A DNA stretch of 64,000 nucleotides from a virus (taxonomy: Duplodnaviria > Caudoviricetes). The position numbers and the translations under genes are program-made. Below the pieces are notes generated by a model. The model saw only the letters and a list, made by a program, of their open reading frames with translations, made no database searches and was not told where the DNA came from. The stretch is taken from IMG/VR virus record IMGVR_UViG_3300012038_000181, positions 8,533-72,532 of that record. One strand, 5' to 3'. Below, in pieces: positions 56,901-64,000 of this stretch. How positions within the stretch are numbered: the stretch's first letter is position 1; every line of letters starts with the position of its first letter.

Positions 56901-57914
56901 GGCGCAGACCGCCTGAACGCTTTGGGTAATCTTGGTTTGGACTTTCTTGTACCCTTCGACCGTACTCCGACCAACATTGTAGCGCGGCTCGTAGAAGCCT
57001 CTCCGTTGGGTTACACGAAGAATGCCGCACAAATTGGTCTTGCTCTCAAGCGTGGCGGGTTTGACGTGGCAGCACAACGTAACTTCTCGCGTACCTTTGG
57101 ACGAGCCACAGCGGGCACGATGAACATGGCCCTTGGAGCCTTGTTGTACGACAAGGTAATTACGATTGATGATCACGATCAAGCGTTCTTAGACCTTGGG
57201 TTCACGAAGATCAACTTGAACACGATTTCGCCTCTCGGAAACCTGATTGGGTTCGGGGCACGGATGATGAAGGCGTATCGTAAAGGTGAAGAAACGGCAG
57301 ACACGAAAGATGATGCCTCAAAGTGGGATTACGTGAAGCCTGCTTTGAAAGAAGTCTCAAATGTCCCGATTTTACGAGCCTCGCAGCCCCTTGCTGAAGC
57401 AGCCCAAGACCCCGAACGTAATTTCTCCAAAGTGGCAGCACGATATGTAGGCATGGCAGTACCGTTTAGCGGTGCCCAACGTGACTTAGCCAAGTTGCTT
57501 GACCCTGAAGAATACCGCTATCCCAAAGGCTTTAAGGATACCGTGCGGCAGGGCGTCCCCTTCTTGCGTGAACGGGTAGATGTCAGCCGTTCCCCATTGT
57601 TTGAGGGAGTAACATCTTCCACTCCTGCCACGAAGGAAGTACGACGACTAGCGATGAGACTCACGGGAGTCCAGATTGGGCCAGAGGAAACCGCTGAAGA
57701 ATTTGAGGCGCGTCGTAAAGAAATCGCTCCGGTAATGCAGCGGGCGATAGATACCCTGGTAGAGACTGATAAGTACCAAAAGTTGTCCGATGAAGAAAAG
57801 CGAGACGCTATTAAAGAAGCGATGGCTGCGGTGCGAGCGTCTTGGACGCGTCAACAACCTGAGAAGCGCGAGAAAGCAGAACGACCACAGAGGGAATACC
57901 AATTCCAACGATGA
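50988..57914 (+). CDS. large internal virion/ejection protein with N-terminal lysozyme-like (Rpf-type transglycosylase) domain
   Basis: 2308 aa, R/E/K/A helical; LIAKYESG...AQGNFQIVNKTW...AETAPRDVQARVAKHLYKTRGFADW; C-terminal PFDRTPTNI motif. Confidence 0.75.
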   Translation: MPDEYDVLLDSVLPKPRRVKSNYDVSNRKQSTYEPDEALNLIAKYESGDRNVRNYRYDPTHTAQGNFQIVNKTWRGAAPQANVDLKQYPTAETAPRDVQARVAKHLYKTRGFADWAPYNPRLKAAIERGERFGQSAQPRARLRAQPQKKRDAYDDLLDEVAPTQKTTPRVADEYDKLLDEVTPSGQTQPADLKLNRVNNLPPTPATTPVESRQQSVPKPTSFWGMDLQRPSKLEAGVRVGGPRLEAGAKVGEEQLSPAGLGSGDFRRAQASQARQDRLNQGRGAGELRRAEGKLPQGGMAAAEFRRQEQAEMGRLNRIRGQVAAEQTAGEQQIGRAPNTAQTRLFDPKLTNEEEVLRRISQEQGVEQADAAARAERERLQGQFTESDKQQLLGLAAQLKGRDGGVKRGMDVAIQRGMSSALYKLAGAVDLGGLIDVLPSIRGVRSSVVDNLRRKALAGELALEDIQDLPKPAREKVAEFLTETAIGLTELAVVPGGIATKFATLAGTEAQGRNRPLGEVLQETGKGAAMGAVQKFGEGIAPATASRVRRLGTAAPVVGLGSGAVELATGGTPEQAAQSALTNAVFQGAVELGRAPKARPRRLGETQTKVPDIEGILAKREQDIRPSEEVNVPERPETIQAQLAAVQQGTRPAVLVTRGEKQPNTPRGMSAVRTSEGTFYYDPKQVSRETLLAKVKDGTYGEVLGHVEPKSEVTTEAVVARAADGTEVQASAVSPENVAKQAEVLQTQHPEATIETGGNELAQKVIQDRVAPEVRGFDDVPLTERERVELDTFFDVESGIPEGGRVPPKPAKLDILSETEVAPKPTAAAPIEPVVAKPKTPVTETPVTPEKSPSSMTQDELFTAYRQNMKERTAAIESNDSEGIKRTADRMVEIARYGGDPEMSVEGQRAARQLNLEPWQKTKTEYLDEVARGIKETTAKDIARASKKEGGINRTQKFLLEAQTNRLAKENRYAREVHKRAVEQAIREGKSIPPEVLADYPDLAPKTAETPRAATPELQRHADKAASLRAELEAGGQSELARAALERQIKKLDTKATGVQERRSGADPMDLIDDIIIYGDKLIRKGKAAFDEWAKDVREKFGKDADPHLREIYSQLKGGRDATSIKNEASNELRAELDLAEMERPERKSWETAIENAQQKGLIERADKIADEVIQGGRERGLDYEEAAALLVKIREAENRWEEAYRNDPNDPALVKIKAELDKYSQAVDIGGTEVARALGIRRAMMDKSFRLISLIRTAEKAKGRKVTAEEVARYDELVKERDAALKARDEALAKVDAERSQETTEKFVQEEKIKIRRQGRRRSQEKLLAERVELKKEISALFAKITPKTSNLTMGGIADLNPKDLGDLTRALTNLARNYIESGVIKSADLVDAVHSEIKDVADLSKREVSDVISGYGRIRKSTTDPIEQKLHEIKSILAATSGKADVLEKGMRPLRRGQQREKPTEDQRHALRELNEAMRERGVELGQRPQNVATQQATPLDKAKTTVRNRIEQLQGWLAEGKREVEGRTAIIPDAELKQLQAERAGLERAAKLLDDPAADQKAIEKRLTEINKSITSLQEKGRSGQVGPTMKEGDASRWSAEIGQMEKERAALRRVVTDMRNTAAKAAKEAAATGESQTPFHGAEQSWTEFEAEAKRSLARVKELDKQAAEWERKRLAREYEQQAKTKTSPKYNDAVRRAEREVQAAENKFRKEMERERGGHHIRNISGMMKASLLGPKTTIKNFFGTFGWGAFEEEGRIFASLMDGVIMPTARKGAHAITGRGEERLTQRGIMGLSPSAVISSLRHGAKEGGRQAWDILRRGMSDEQMERHQVSEIDFGRTGNKKIDAGLQTLELSFNSVFRFLSASDRLFYEANHRRNVIDRAEVIARNEGLRGAEAKQRAKELVAATEMIKEKTLRGERISELVAQLDADAKYDALESTFNNDNTITTRIKRARATVINPRSKLSAKGADRLNALGNLGLDFLVPFDRTPTNIVARLVEASPLGYTKNAAQIGLALKRGGFDVAAQRNFSRTFGRATAGTMNMALGALLYDKVITIDDHDQAFLDLGFTKINLNTISPLGNLIGFGARMMKAYRKGEETADTKDDASKWDYVKPALKEVSNVPILRASQPLAEAAQDPERNFSKVAARYVGMAVPFSGAQRDLAKLLDPEEYRYPKGFKDTVRQGVPFLRERVDVSRSPLFEGVTSSTPATKEVRRLAMRLTGVQIGPEETAEEFEARRKEIAPVMQRAIDTLVETDKYQKLSDEEKRDAIKEAMAAVRASWTRQQPEKREKAERPQREYQFQR

Positions 57915-58056
57915 GGAAATTCTGACACAGAAAGCGCGTTCATTGGTACAATCCGACTTGTTTAGGAGTCTACCCCGAATGAAATGGCTAACTCGCATCG
58001 CCTTGTTGCTACGCCGTTATACATGGGATTGGGGTGTTCGTAAGGTAGGAGAATAA

Positions 58057-58296
58057 ATGCCGAACAATTACTTTCGTGATCCACAGTCGCCCTTTAGCGC
58101 ACCACAAATGGAAATGCCTGAATGGGTGCAGATGCCAGAGGCCGAAACTCCTGATATGAGCGGGCTGTTTCAAGGGCTGAAGGAGCGAATGCAAGGTGGT
58201 GGTAAAGCCAATTCCGCCCCAATGACAGTTTCAGGTAAAGCGATGCCTTCAATGTCGGGTAAAGCGGGTGGTAGTGGAGGGGGCGGTTCACTTTGA
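58057..58296 (+). CDS. small M/G/P-rich protein
   Basis: AGGAG RBS; low-complexity, ejection-protein-like. Confidence 0.55.
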   Translation: MPNNYFRDPQSPFSAPQMEMPEWVQMPEAETPDMSGLFQGLKERMQGGGKANSAPMTVSGKAMPSMSGKAGGSGGGGSL

Positions 58297-58985
58297 GTTT
58301 GACAAGCAACATCATTGTTCGACAAGCCTATGTCCGCATCGGCGCGTTTGAAGGGAATGCGGCCCAAATTGCCACGGACTACGCGAGTGACGCTGCGCTT
58401 GCTGATGCAAATACAGAATCCTTTCCGCTCCAATCCATGTACGACATCTTGGTTGGGGTAGAGAATGAAATGGCTACGGCGGTAGCAATGAATGTCAACA
58501 ACACCTTGAGAAACGTGCTTGGTGACATAGTTACAGTAACTTCAGGTAGTTTAATTCCCGCAATCAGTGATGAAGACTTGCCGATTATCGGAGAGTGGGG
58601 CCAAGTGAGAACGTCCGCAGGAATTGAACTCACTCCCGCAATGCACGAGGATGAAATTAGAGCTATCGTCAATGGCCCATCAGGTTTATTCAAGACGAAT
58701 TACTACAGTTACGCACTTAGACCACCACGTATTTACGCGACTCAAACAGACCTTGTGATTGATGTTTGTGTCTTTGACATCGACGCACGACAAACAGCCA
58801 TTAACGCGAACGAAGATTTACTATTCCAGCAGATGCAGAACGCTTATTTCAGTGGACTAATGGCGAACCTGAAGAATGAAGACCCTGCGTACACTTCATT
58901 AAGCAATGAATATGCACCTGCTTATCAAGCATGGTTACTAGCACAGAATCCGCCTCGTGATGTTGTGGGTCAAGCTGCCGCATGA
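58293..58985 (+). CDS. tail/neck structural protein (putative)
   Basis: 230 aa in the tail operon, overlapping start/stop. Confidence 0.45.
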   Translation: MSLTSNIIVRQAYVRIGAFEGNAAQIATDYASDAALADANTESFPLQSMYDILVGVENEMATAVAMNVNNTLRNVLGDIVTVTSGSLIPAISDEDLPIIGEWGQVRTSAGIELTPAMHEDEIRAIVNGPSGLFKTNYYSYALRPPRIYATQTDLVIDVCVFDIDARQTAINANEDLLFQQMQNAYFSGLMANLKNEDPAYTSLSNEYAPAYQAWLLAQNPPRDVVGQAAA

Positions 58986-59536
58986 GCCAAACTTATTCAT
59001 ACATCCGTGAACAAGTGGTGCAGGGAGTCATTCGTGGCTCGCTTGCTAACCCGATTTCTTTAGACCGCGTTCGCGCACAATTCGATGCCGCCTTCTTCTC
59101 TATCAACTCGACCGTAGCTCAGGCTTACGCAGCAAGAGAGGATCGGCGGGAACTCTTACGGGTAGCGACGACTCTAACTTTCACAGCGGGAGACGCAGAC
59201 CTTCCCGAAGCGGTGCTTAAAGGCTACATCGAAGATGCGACCTTCACGGTGACGGGAAGAAAGTATTCATATCGTCGTTATCCCGATTGGTTACGTGGCG
59301 GCGATCCACGCTTGGGAATGTGGACGCAAATAGGCGAAACACTCAAAGCCAAGACTCCTACTCCGGTAGTTGCTTTAACGGGAGATGTGGAATTCAGTTC
59401 AATCTGCTCTCCTGCAATTCCTTCCACTGAATCATCTACTTACGTTGCGCCGGATGACTTTTATAGCGATTTCATCGCGGCAATGGTGCAGTACATCGTC
59501 GGACAAACGATGGAAACAGCGGCCAAGACCGCGTAG
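58982..59536 (+). CDS. tail adaptor-like protein (putative)
   Basis: 184 aa preceding the nozzle-like gene. Confidence 0.45.
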   Translation: MSQTYSYIREQVVQGVIRGSLANPISLDRVRAQFDAAFFSINSTVAQAYAAREDRRELLRVATTLTFTAGDADLPEAVLKGYIEDATFTVTGRKYSYRRYPDWLRGGDPRLGMWTQIGETLKAKTPTPVVALTGDVEFSSICSPAIPSTESSTYVAPDDFYSDFIAAMVQYIVGQTMETAAKTA

Positions 59537-59543
59537 AAAATGA

Positions 59544-61616
59544 ATGAGCCTAGACCCCATCATTTTGGGTGCCGCCCCTTTTCATCCGACAAGCCCTCGC
59601 ACCGGACTCAGTGGACGCTCGCTGCTCAGGATGCAAAATCTAATTTTGAGTGGCGCGGACGAGAATATCTACCTGCAAGTCTATAAAGGCTCCCTCGACT
59701 TAGAAGAAACAATCCCTGGCTTAGACATCACGGGCACTATCTCTGCCGCTGCGGGTGTCACCACCATCGTAGGTGTAGGAACTCTCTTTACTACTGAACT
59801 CCAGACCGGCCAAGGTTTTTGGGCAGGTGATAGTCCGTTAGTGGTCAATCGGGTGATTGATGATACCAACCTGACGGTGTGGGTTGGGCCACTAACGACT
59901 CTTGCGGGCGCGACCGCTACCCGAATGCCCGTGCTGTTCACAGTGAACACGCAGCGGGGCACTCTCAGTGCTCGTGGGAACGCGCTGGAATCAGATTCAG
60001 GAACTATCTTCGCAACAGGTGTGGGGACACTCTTAATTGACGGACAGCCCTTGCAAGGTTCGTCAATGGTGCTCACAGGCAGTCCCGCCGTTGCGATATT
60101 TGACCCCACCACGGGAAACTATGCGGTCTATCCGGTAGGGTTTGATGCTCCAACTCCTGCTCCTGTTTTGGGTGATGTGGTCGGTGGCGAGCAAGGCATG
60201 GTGGCGGGTGATTACAGCGTTCGTCTGACGGGGGCAAGTTCAATCACCGAAGGAGAAAGTAATCCTGGGGTGCGGGCGAATGTAAGCCTCTCATCGGATG
60301 GTGATCAAATTGAGGTTGATATTTCTGGAGTCACGTTTGATGTTGCCGCAGGGGTAGATCAAGTCAACGCTTACGCGACTCAGTTGAATGTCGTAAACGT
60401 CAATCAAGGCCCGTGGAACTTCGTGCTGAGTCATTTATTAGCCGATGGGAACACTTTCAATCTTGATTACTTGAACGCCGCTATTGCCCGACAGGGAGAA
60501 CTTGAGTTCGATAACGACCCGCCTCCCGACGCGGGCTTTGTGGCTACGCTTCAGAGTTACATCCAATGGGTAAGTTGCTACGGCAAGTGGGGTGGGCCTC
60601 CTGGCCCCGTGTTAGTTCCTGCGAAGCCGAACAACATTGAAGCGGCTCCCGCGAATTGGGTAGTTACCTCATCGCCGCCTGACGTGATTCTTGATGTAGT
60701 GACCTCTCAGGCAAGACTTTATTTCCCTTGCCACAATTCTTTACAGCAAGGCATTTATGCGCCGACAGGTGATCCGTTAGTTCCACCAACCCAGATACGT
60801 GCCTTTTGGAGTTTAGGATTCTCCAGTTTTCAACAGTTGGTCTTTGCTCAAGACTTGTTAGTGGGATATTCGCATGGTGGGCCAACTCGTTCATCAGCCA
60901 ATGTGGAGATTGTCAACACACAGTTTCTTGGTGCCCAAGTCGCAGAAATTATTCAGAATTGGGAGAGTGCATACGTTAAGGTGGGTTGGGATTCTGATCC
61001 GATGGTCAATGCAATTTGTTTCTTTCAGCCTGCCATCAGACAGAACGATGATGGTTGGTGGGAAACAGATGTTTTGGTATGGGGACTCAATCAAATTGAC
61101 TGGATCGGCGCGGTTACATTGACAGACACCGACAGAGACATGGTGGTGTGTTCTGTGTCTAACGTGAATAACGTACTAACCTTCCTTGCAGGGGGACGCA
61201 TTGATGAGATGGGCACGCTTCAGTTTGACACCTTTGAGTGGAACAAGATTGCAGGAGAAGAAGTTCCTTACTACGCAGCGTGGCAGTTGCAATCGGGGGG
61301 TATTTTAGATCGCAACAAGACTGTGCGAGCGGTGCGTGCTGATGGTAAGTTTACTAACGGGTTGTTGCAGATTTACGGCTTCGACAGTGAGACACCTAAG
61401 AATTTGAGTGACCTTGAAACAGGGGAGAATGCTCAAGGAGAGATTAGCTTAGGCACGACGACAGATGTGGAGACCACCCAAAGAGACAGACTGAACTTTC
61501 CAAGTAACTTTGTGTTCACAGCGCGAGTAAGCGGAACTTACAACGGCGAAGATGAATTGGTTGATCGCATCAACGGGGTCGTGTTAGAGACAATGGCCCA
61601 AGGAGTACGCAGATAA
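59544..61616 (+). CDS. tail nozzle/tubular protein B-like (P22 gp10-type position)
   Basis: 690 aa, beta-rich, with the C-terminal barrel pattern of podovirus tail hubs; no tape-measure or tail-tube gene seen. Confidence 0.5.
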   Translation: MSLDPIILGAAPFHPTSPRTGLSGRSLLRMQNLILSGADENIYLQVYKGSLDLEETIPGLDITGTISAAAGVTTIVGVGTLFTTELQTGQGFWAGDSPLVVNRVIDDTNLTVWVGPLTTLAGATATRMPVLFTVNTQRGTLSARGNALESDSGTIFATGVGTLLIDGQPLQGSSMVLTGSPAVAIFDPTTGNYAVYPVGFDAPTPAPVLGDVVGGEQGMVAGDYSVRLTGASSITEGESNPGVRANVSLSSDGDQIEVDISGVTFDVAAGVDQVNAYATQLNVVNVNQGPWNFVLSHLLADGNTFNLDYLNAAIARQGELEFDNDPPPDAGFVATLQSYIQWVSCYGKWGGPPGPVLVPAKPNNIEAAPANWVVTSSPPDVILDVVTSQARLYFPCHNSLQQGIYAPTGDPLVPPTQIRAFWSLGFSSFQQLVFAQDLLVGYSHGGPTRSSANVEIVNTQFLGAQVAEIIQNWESAYVKVGWDSDPMVNAICFFQPAIRQNDDGWWETDVLVWGLNQIDWIGAVTLTDTDRDMVVCSVSNVNNVLTFLAGGRIDEMGTLQFDTFEWNKIAGEEVPYYAAWQLQSGGILDRNKTVRAVRADGKFTNGLLQIYGFDSETPKNLSDLETGENAQGEISLGTTTDVETTQRDRLNFPSNFVFTARVSGTYNGEDELVDRINGVVLETMAQGVRR

Positions 61617-62053
61617 TGGCTACTATAGGGGATGGGATCGAATCCTTAGCAATTGAGCAAGACCCAGGAATAGCCCAATTACAAGCAGCACAATACGGTG
61701 CTCAATTACAGCAGACACAAGTGAGTTTGCCCGCGACGGGATTCGTGGCTGAGATTAACGGTGAAGATGGCGCAATCACGATTCAACCTGGAACTAGCAC
61801 AGCGGGGGTGACGGTTGTTGTAACCAATGGGTTAGGAACAATTTCTATTGGCGTAACGATTCCCGTAATCGCTCAACTACAAGCTCTTGCCACTATCCAG
61901 TGCAACTTCACGGCGGTAGTCGCACCTGCTGTTACTGACGATTCAGGCGACGGATACGCGGTGGGAAGTTTTTGGGTCGATACCGCACTTGATGATGCGT
62001 ATATCTGCTGTGACGCTACTTTAGGTGCGGCAGTCTGGAAGCAGATAACTTAG
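61616..62053 (+). CDS. tail-associated protein
   Basis: C-terminal APAVTDDSGDGYAVGSFWVDT...AAVW motif found in fibre proteins. Confidence 0.55.
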   Translation: MATIGDGIESLAIEQDPGIAQLQAAQYGAQLQQTQVSLPATGFVAEINGEDGAITIQPGTSTAGVTVVVTNGLGTISIGVTIPVIAQLQALATIQCNFTAVVAPAVTDDSGDGYAVGSFWVDTALDDAYICCDATLGAAVWKQIT

Positions 62054-62063
62054 AGGTAAGACT

Positions 62064-62393
62064 ATGGTAGGCAACTGGAATCCTTCAATTACAAGAGGCG
62101 GTGGTTGGACGCGCACGCTGACGTTCACTCAATCAGGAGCCATCTTTAGTCTCGTGGACTACGAAGCTGAGATGACGCTAACCCCTGGAACGGGCACGAC
62201 AGTTACGCTCTCGACCGACAACGGGAAACTCACCATAAATGGAGCAGCGGGAACCTTAACGACTGAACTTACCGCTGCTGAAGTTGCCGCTATTGATTGG
62301 TCGCAGGGCGTGGTGCAATCGGTCTTGACCGTCATTTCCCCTGAAGATACAGGTGAAGCAATCGAGCTAACCGGAATCGCTAATCTTGTCTGA
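62064..62393 (+). CDS. small beta-sandwich tail protein
   Basis: ITRGGGWTRTL...LSTDNGKLTINGAAGTL. Confidence 0.55.
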   Translation: MVGNWNPSITRGGGWTRTLTFTQSGAIFSLVDYEAEMTLTPGTGTTVTLSTDNGKLTINGAAGTLTTELTAAEVAAIDWSQGVVQSVLTVISPEDTGEAIELTGIANLV

Positions 62394-63030
62394 ACTCCGC
62401 GTCACTGTAAACGAGCCTGTCGTCAAAGTTACCACTACTGGTGACGAAGTAAATGTCCGCATTAACGAAGAACCTATTCGAGTTTTTGAAGGCGTAGTTG
62501 GACTCTCTGGTTACTCCGGTTACTCAGGTGCCTCTCCTGGAGTCAGCGGGTTTAGTGGCTATTCCGGCAAGTCGGGGTTCTCTGCTTATTCGGGCTACAG
62601 TGGTTCATCAGGAGCACCTGGCGGTGATTCGGGATACTCAGGCTATTCTGGTAGGTCGGGGTTCTCAGGCAGGTCAGGCTTCTCAGGTGAGGGGTTTTCT
62701 GGTTACAGTGGCAAGTCGGGTTTTACAGGTATCTCTGGGTTCTCTGGATACAGCGGGCGCAGCGCATTTTCTGGTTACAGCGGATTGAGTGCTTTTTCCG
62801 GTTATTCAGGGGCGAATCCTGGGGCGTCTGGATTTAGTGGTTACTCTGGCGTCTCCGGTTTTAGTGGGTTTTCTGGTATCTCTGGCTTCAGTGGTTATTC
62901 TGGCAAATCCGGCTTTAGTGCTTTCTCTGGTTATTCTGCGACAACTGCTGGTTTTACTGGCACATTCACGGTAAATGGCGGCGCAAATACCGCCAACGTC
63001 ACAAACGGGTTAATCACAAGTGTTACTTAA
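62386..63030 (+). CDS. Ser-Gly-(Phe/Tyr) repeat protein
   Basis: About 145 residues of SGFSGYSG-type triplet repeat between short unique termini. Confidence 0.8.
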   Translation: MSELRVTVNEPVVKVTTTGDEVNVRINEEPIRVFEGVVGLSGYSGYSGASPGVSGFSGYSGKSGFSAYSGYSGSSGAPGGDSGYSGYSGRSGFSGRSGFSGEGFSGYSGKSGFTGISGFSGYSGRSAFSGYSGLSAFSGYSGANPGASGFSGYSGVSGFSGFSGISGFSGYSGKSGFSAFSGYSATTAGFTGTFTVNGGANTANVTNGLITSVT

Positions 63031-63065
63031 AGGGATTTTGAGAGAGATGAGTATGTCAATTTAAT

Positions 63066-64000
63066 ATGGCGATTTCTTCACGCTCCCCCAATCGCATTAC
63101 CGTCACTGAAGACTATACCGTTAAGCACACGGATGATTACGTCACTTTTCAGATAGCCGCCAACAAAACGGCTAATTTACCTCACGCTTCACAGTGTCAG
63201 TTACGTTGCTTCCAAAAGATCATCATCAATCAATTCGGGCTTAGTAGTCTGGTAACGATAGTTCCGCAAGATGGCGACACGTTTGAAGGGGTGAGTTCAA
63301 TTACCTCTGGTCAATGTGTGACCTTAACCAGCGATGGTATATCGAAGTGGTCAAGTGTGTTGGGTGTTTACACTGGTACGACGATGGTGGGCATTTCCGG
63401 CTTCTCTGGCCCACAAGGTTACAGTGGGGTTAGCGGATATTCAGGAGGAGGTGGCACGGGCCTCTCAGGATTTTCTGGCTTCAGTGGCACGAATGGTTCC
63501 GCTGGCGTCAGCGGCTTCAGCGGGTATTCAGGTGGTGGCACGTCGGGGTTTTCTGGCTTCTCAGGGAGCGCAGGCAGCGCGGGTGACGCGGGGACTTCGG
63601 GATTCAGTGGATATTCTGGTTTGAATGGCTCAACGGGACAGACGGGACAAGCGGGTACGAGCGGATTCAGTGGGTATAGCGGCAATAACGGGGCAGCAGG
63701 AGCGGGAGGCGCGTCAGGCTTTAGTGGTTACAGTGGAGCAGGTGTATCCGGTTTCTCTGGGTTTAGTGGAGCGACAAGCACAAGTGGATTTAGTGGCTAC
63801 TCTGGGGTTAGCGGTTTTTCAGGTTATAGCGGAATCAGTGGGTTCAGTGGAACGGCATCTGTCTATGCTCTGGTAAGTGGATCAAATGCAACCACAACGG
63901 GCCAAGCCTTAGTGGACATAACGGGACTTTCCATTGCGTTGTCCGCGAATGCAGTTTATGAGTATCAAGCCGTGCTTTCAGTGCTTACATCTGCTGTTAC
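63066..64000 (+). CDS. fibre-like protein with Ser-Gly-(Phe/Tyr) repeats (runs off the window)
   Basis: Hand translation MAISSRSPNRITVTEDYTVKHTDDYV..., open to the end of the window; missing from the ORF track because no stop is reached. Confidence 0.75.
   Translation, partial: MAISSRSPNRITVTEDYTVKHTDDYVTFQIAANKTANLPHASQCQLRCFQKIIINQFGLSSLVTIVPQDGDTFEGVSSITSGQCVTLTSDGISKWSSVLGVYTGTTMVGISGFSGPQGYSGVSGYSGGGGTGLSGFSGFSGTNGSAGVSGFSGYSGGGTSGFSGFSGSAGSAGDAGTSGFSGYSGLNGSTGQTGQAGTSGFSGYSGNNGAAGAGGASGFSGYSGAGVSGFSGFSGATSTSGFSGYSGVSGFSGYSGISGFSGTASVYALVSGSNATTTGQALVDITGLSIALSANAVYEYQAVLSVLTSAV

Noticed and set aside
51079-57998. Many minus-strand ORFs within the giant ejection gene (likewise in the portal and terL)
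   Set aside because: Antisense shadows with Ser/Leu/Arg-rich composition and no RBS
1-64000. CRISPR array, diversity-generating retroelement, invertible segment or stop-codon recoding
   Set aside because: No repeat-spacer array, reverse transcriptase, TR/VR pair or recombinase seen; all large genes are intact in the standard bacterial code. The Cas4-like nuclease is a common stand-alone phage recombination enzyme

Overview
The whole window is tailed-phage (Caudoviricetes) DNA. It starts and ends inside the same tail module of Ser-Gly-aromatic repeat genes, so it is probably most of a circularly permuted genome slightly over 64 kb. Layout: tail/fibre genes plus six signal-peptide proteins (1-11.2 kb, +); a leftward lambdoid replication/recombination/accessory arm with NinG, DUF1376 initiator, SSB-like protein, Cas4-like nuclease and Lar (11.2-23.8 kb, -); a short rightward operon (23.9-25.5 kb); a lysis region with holin and GH19 endolysin (26.6-30.9 kb, +); a leftward early operon (30.9-34.0 kb); then TerS, scaffold, major capsid, TerL, portal, large ejection proteins and podovirus-like tail genes (34.2-64 kb, +). 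I saw no integrase, CI-type repressor, DNA polymerase, reverse transcriptase, tRNA or CRISPR array. Main highlights: (1) a cassette of exported tail-fibre-like proteins, a beta-helix protein and an outer-membrane beta-barrel inside the tail module; (2) four gene insertions that each duplicate a neighbouring translation-start region, including two antisense HNH endonucleases that supply a recoded 5' end to their target gene; (3) paralogous ribbon-helix-helix-like genes behind promoters carrying phased TAGG repeats; (4) a shared upstream module at the two late promoters; (5) an Rpf-like lysozyme domain on the 2308-aa ejection protein. All family assignments come from motif recognition by eye, with no database search. 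A Gram-negative host is inferred from the beta-barrel and lipoprotein signal; an acidobacterial host is only a guess.
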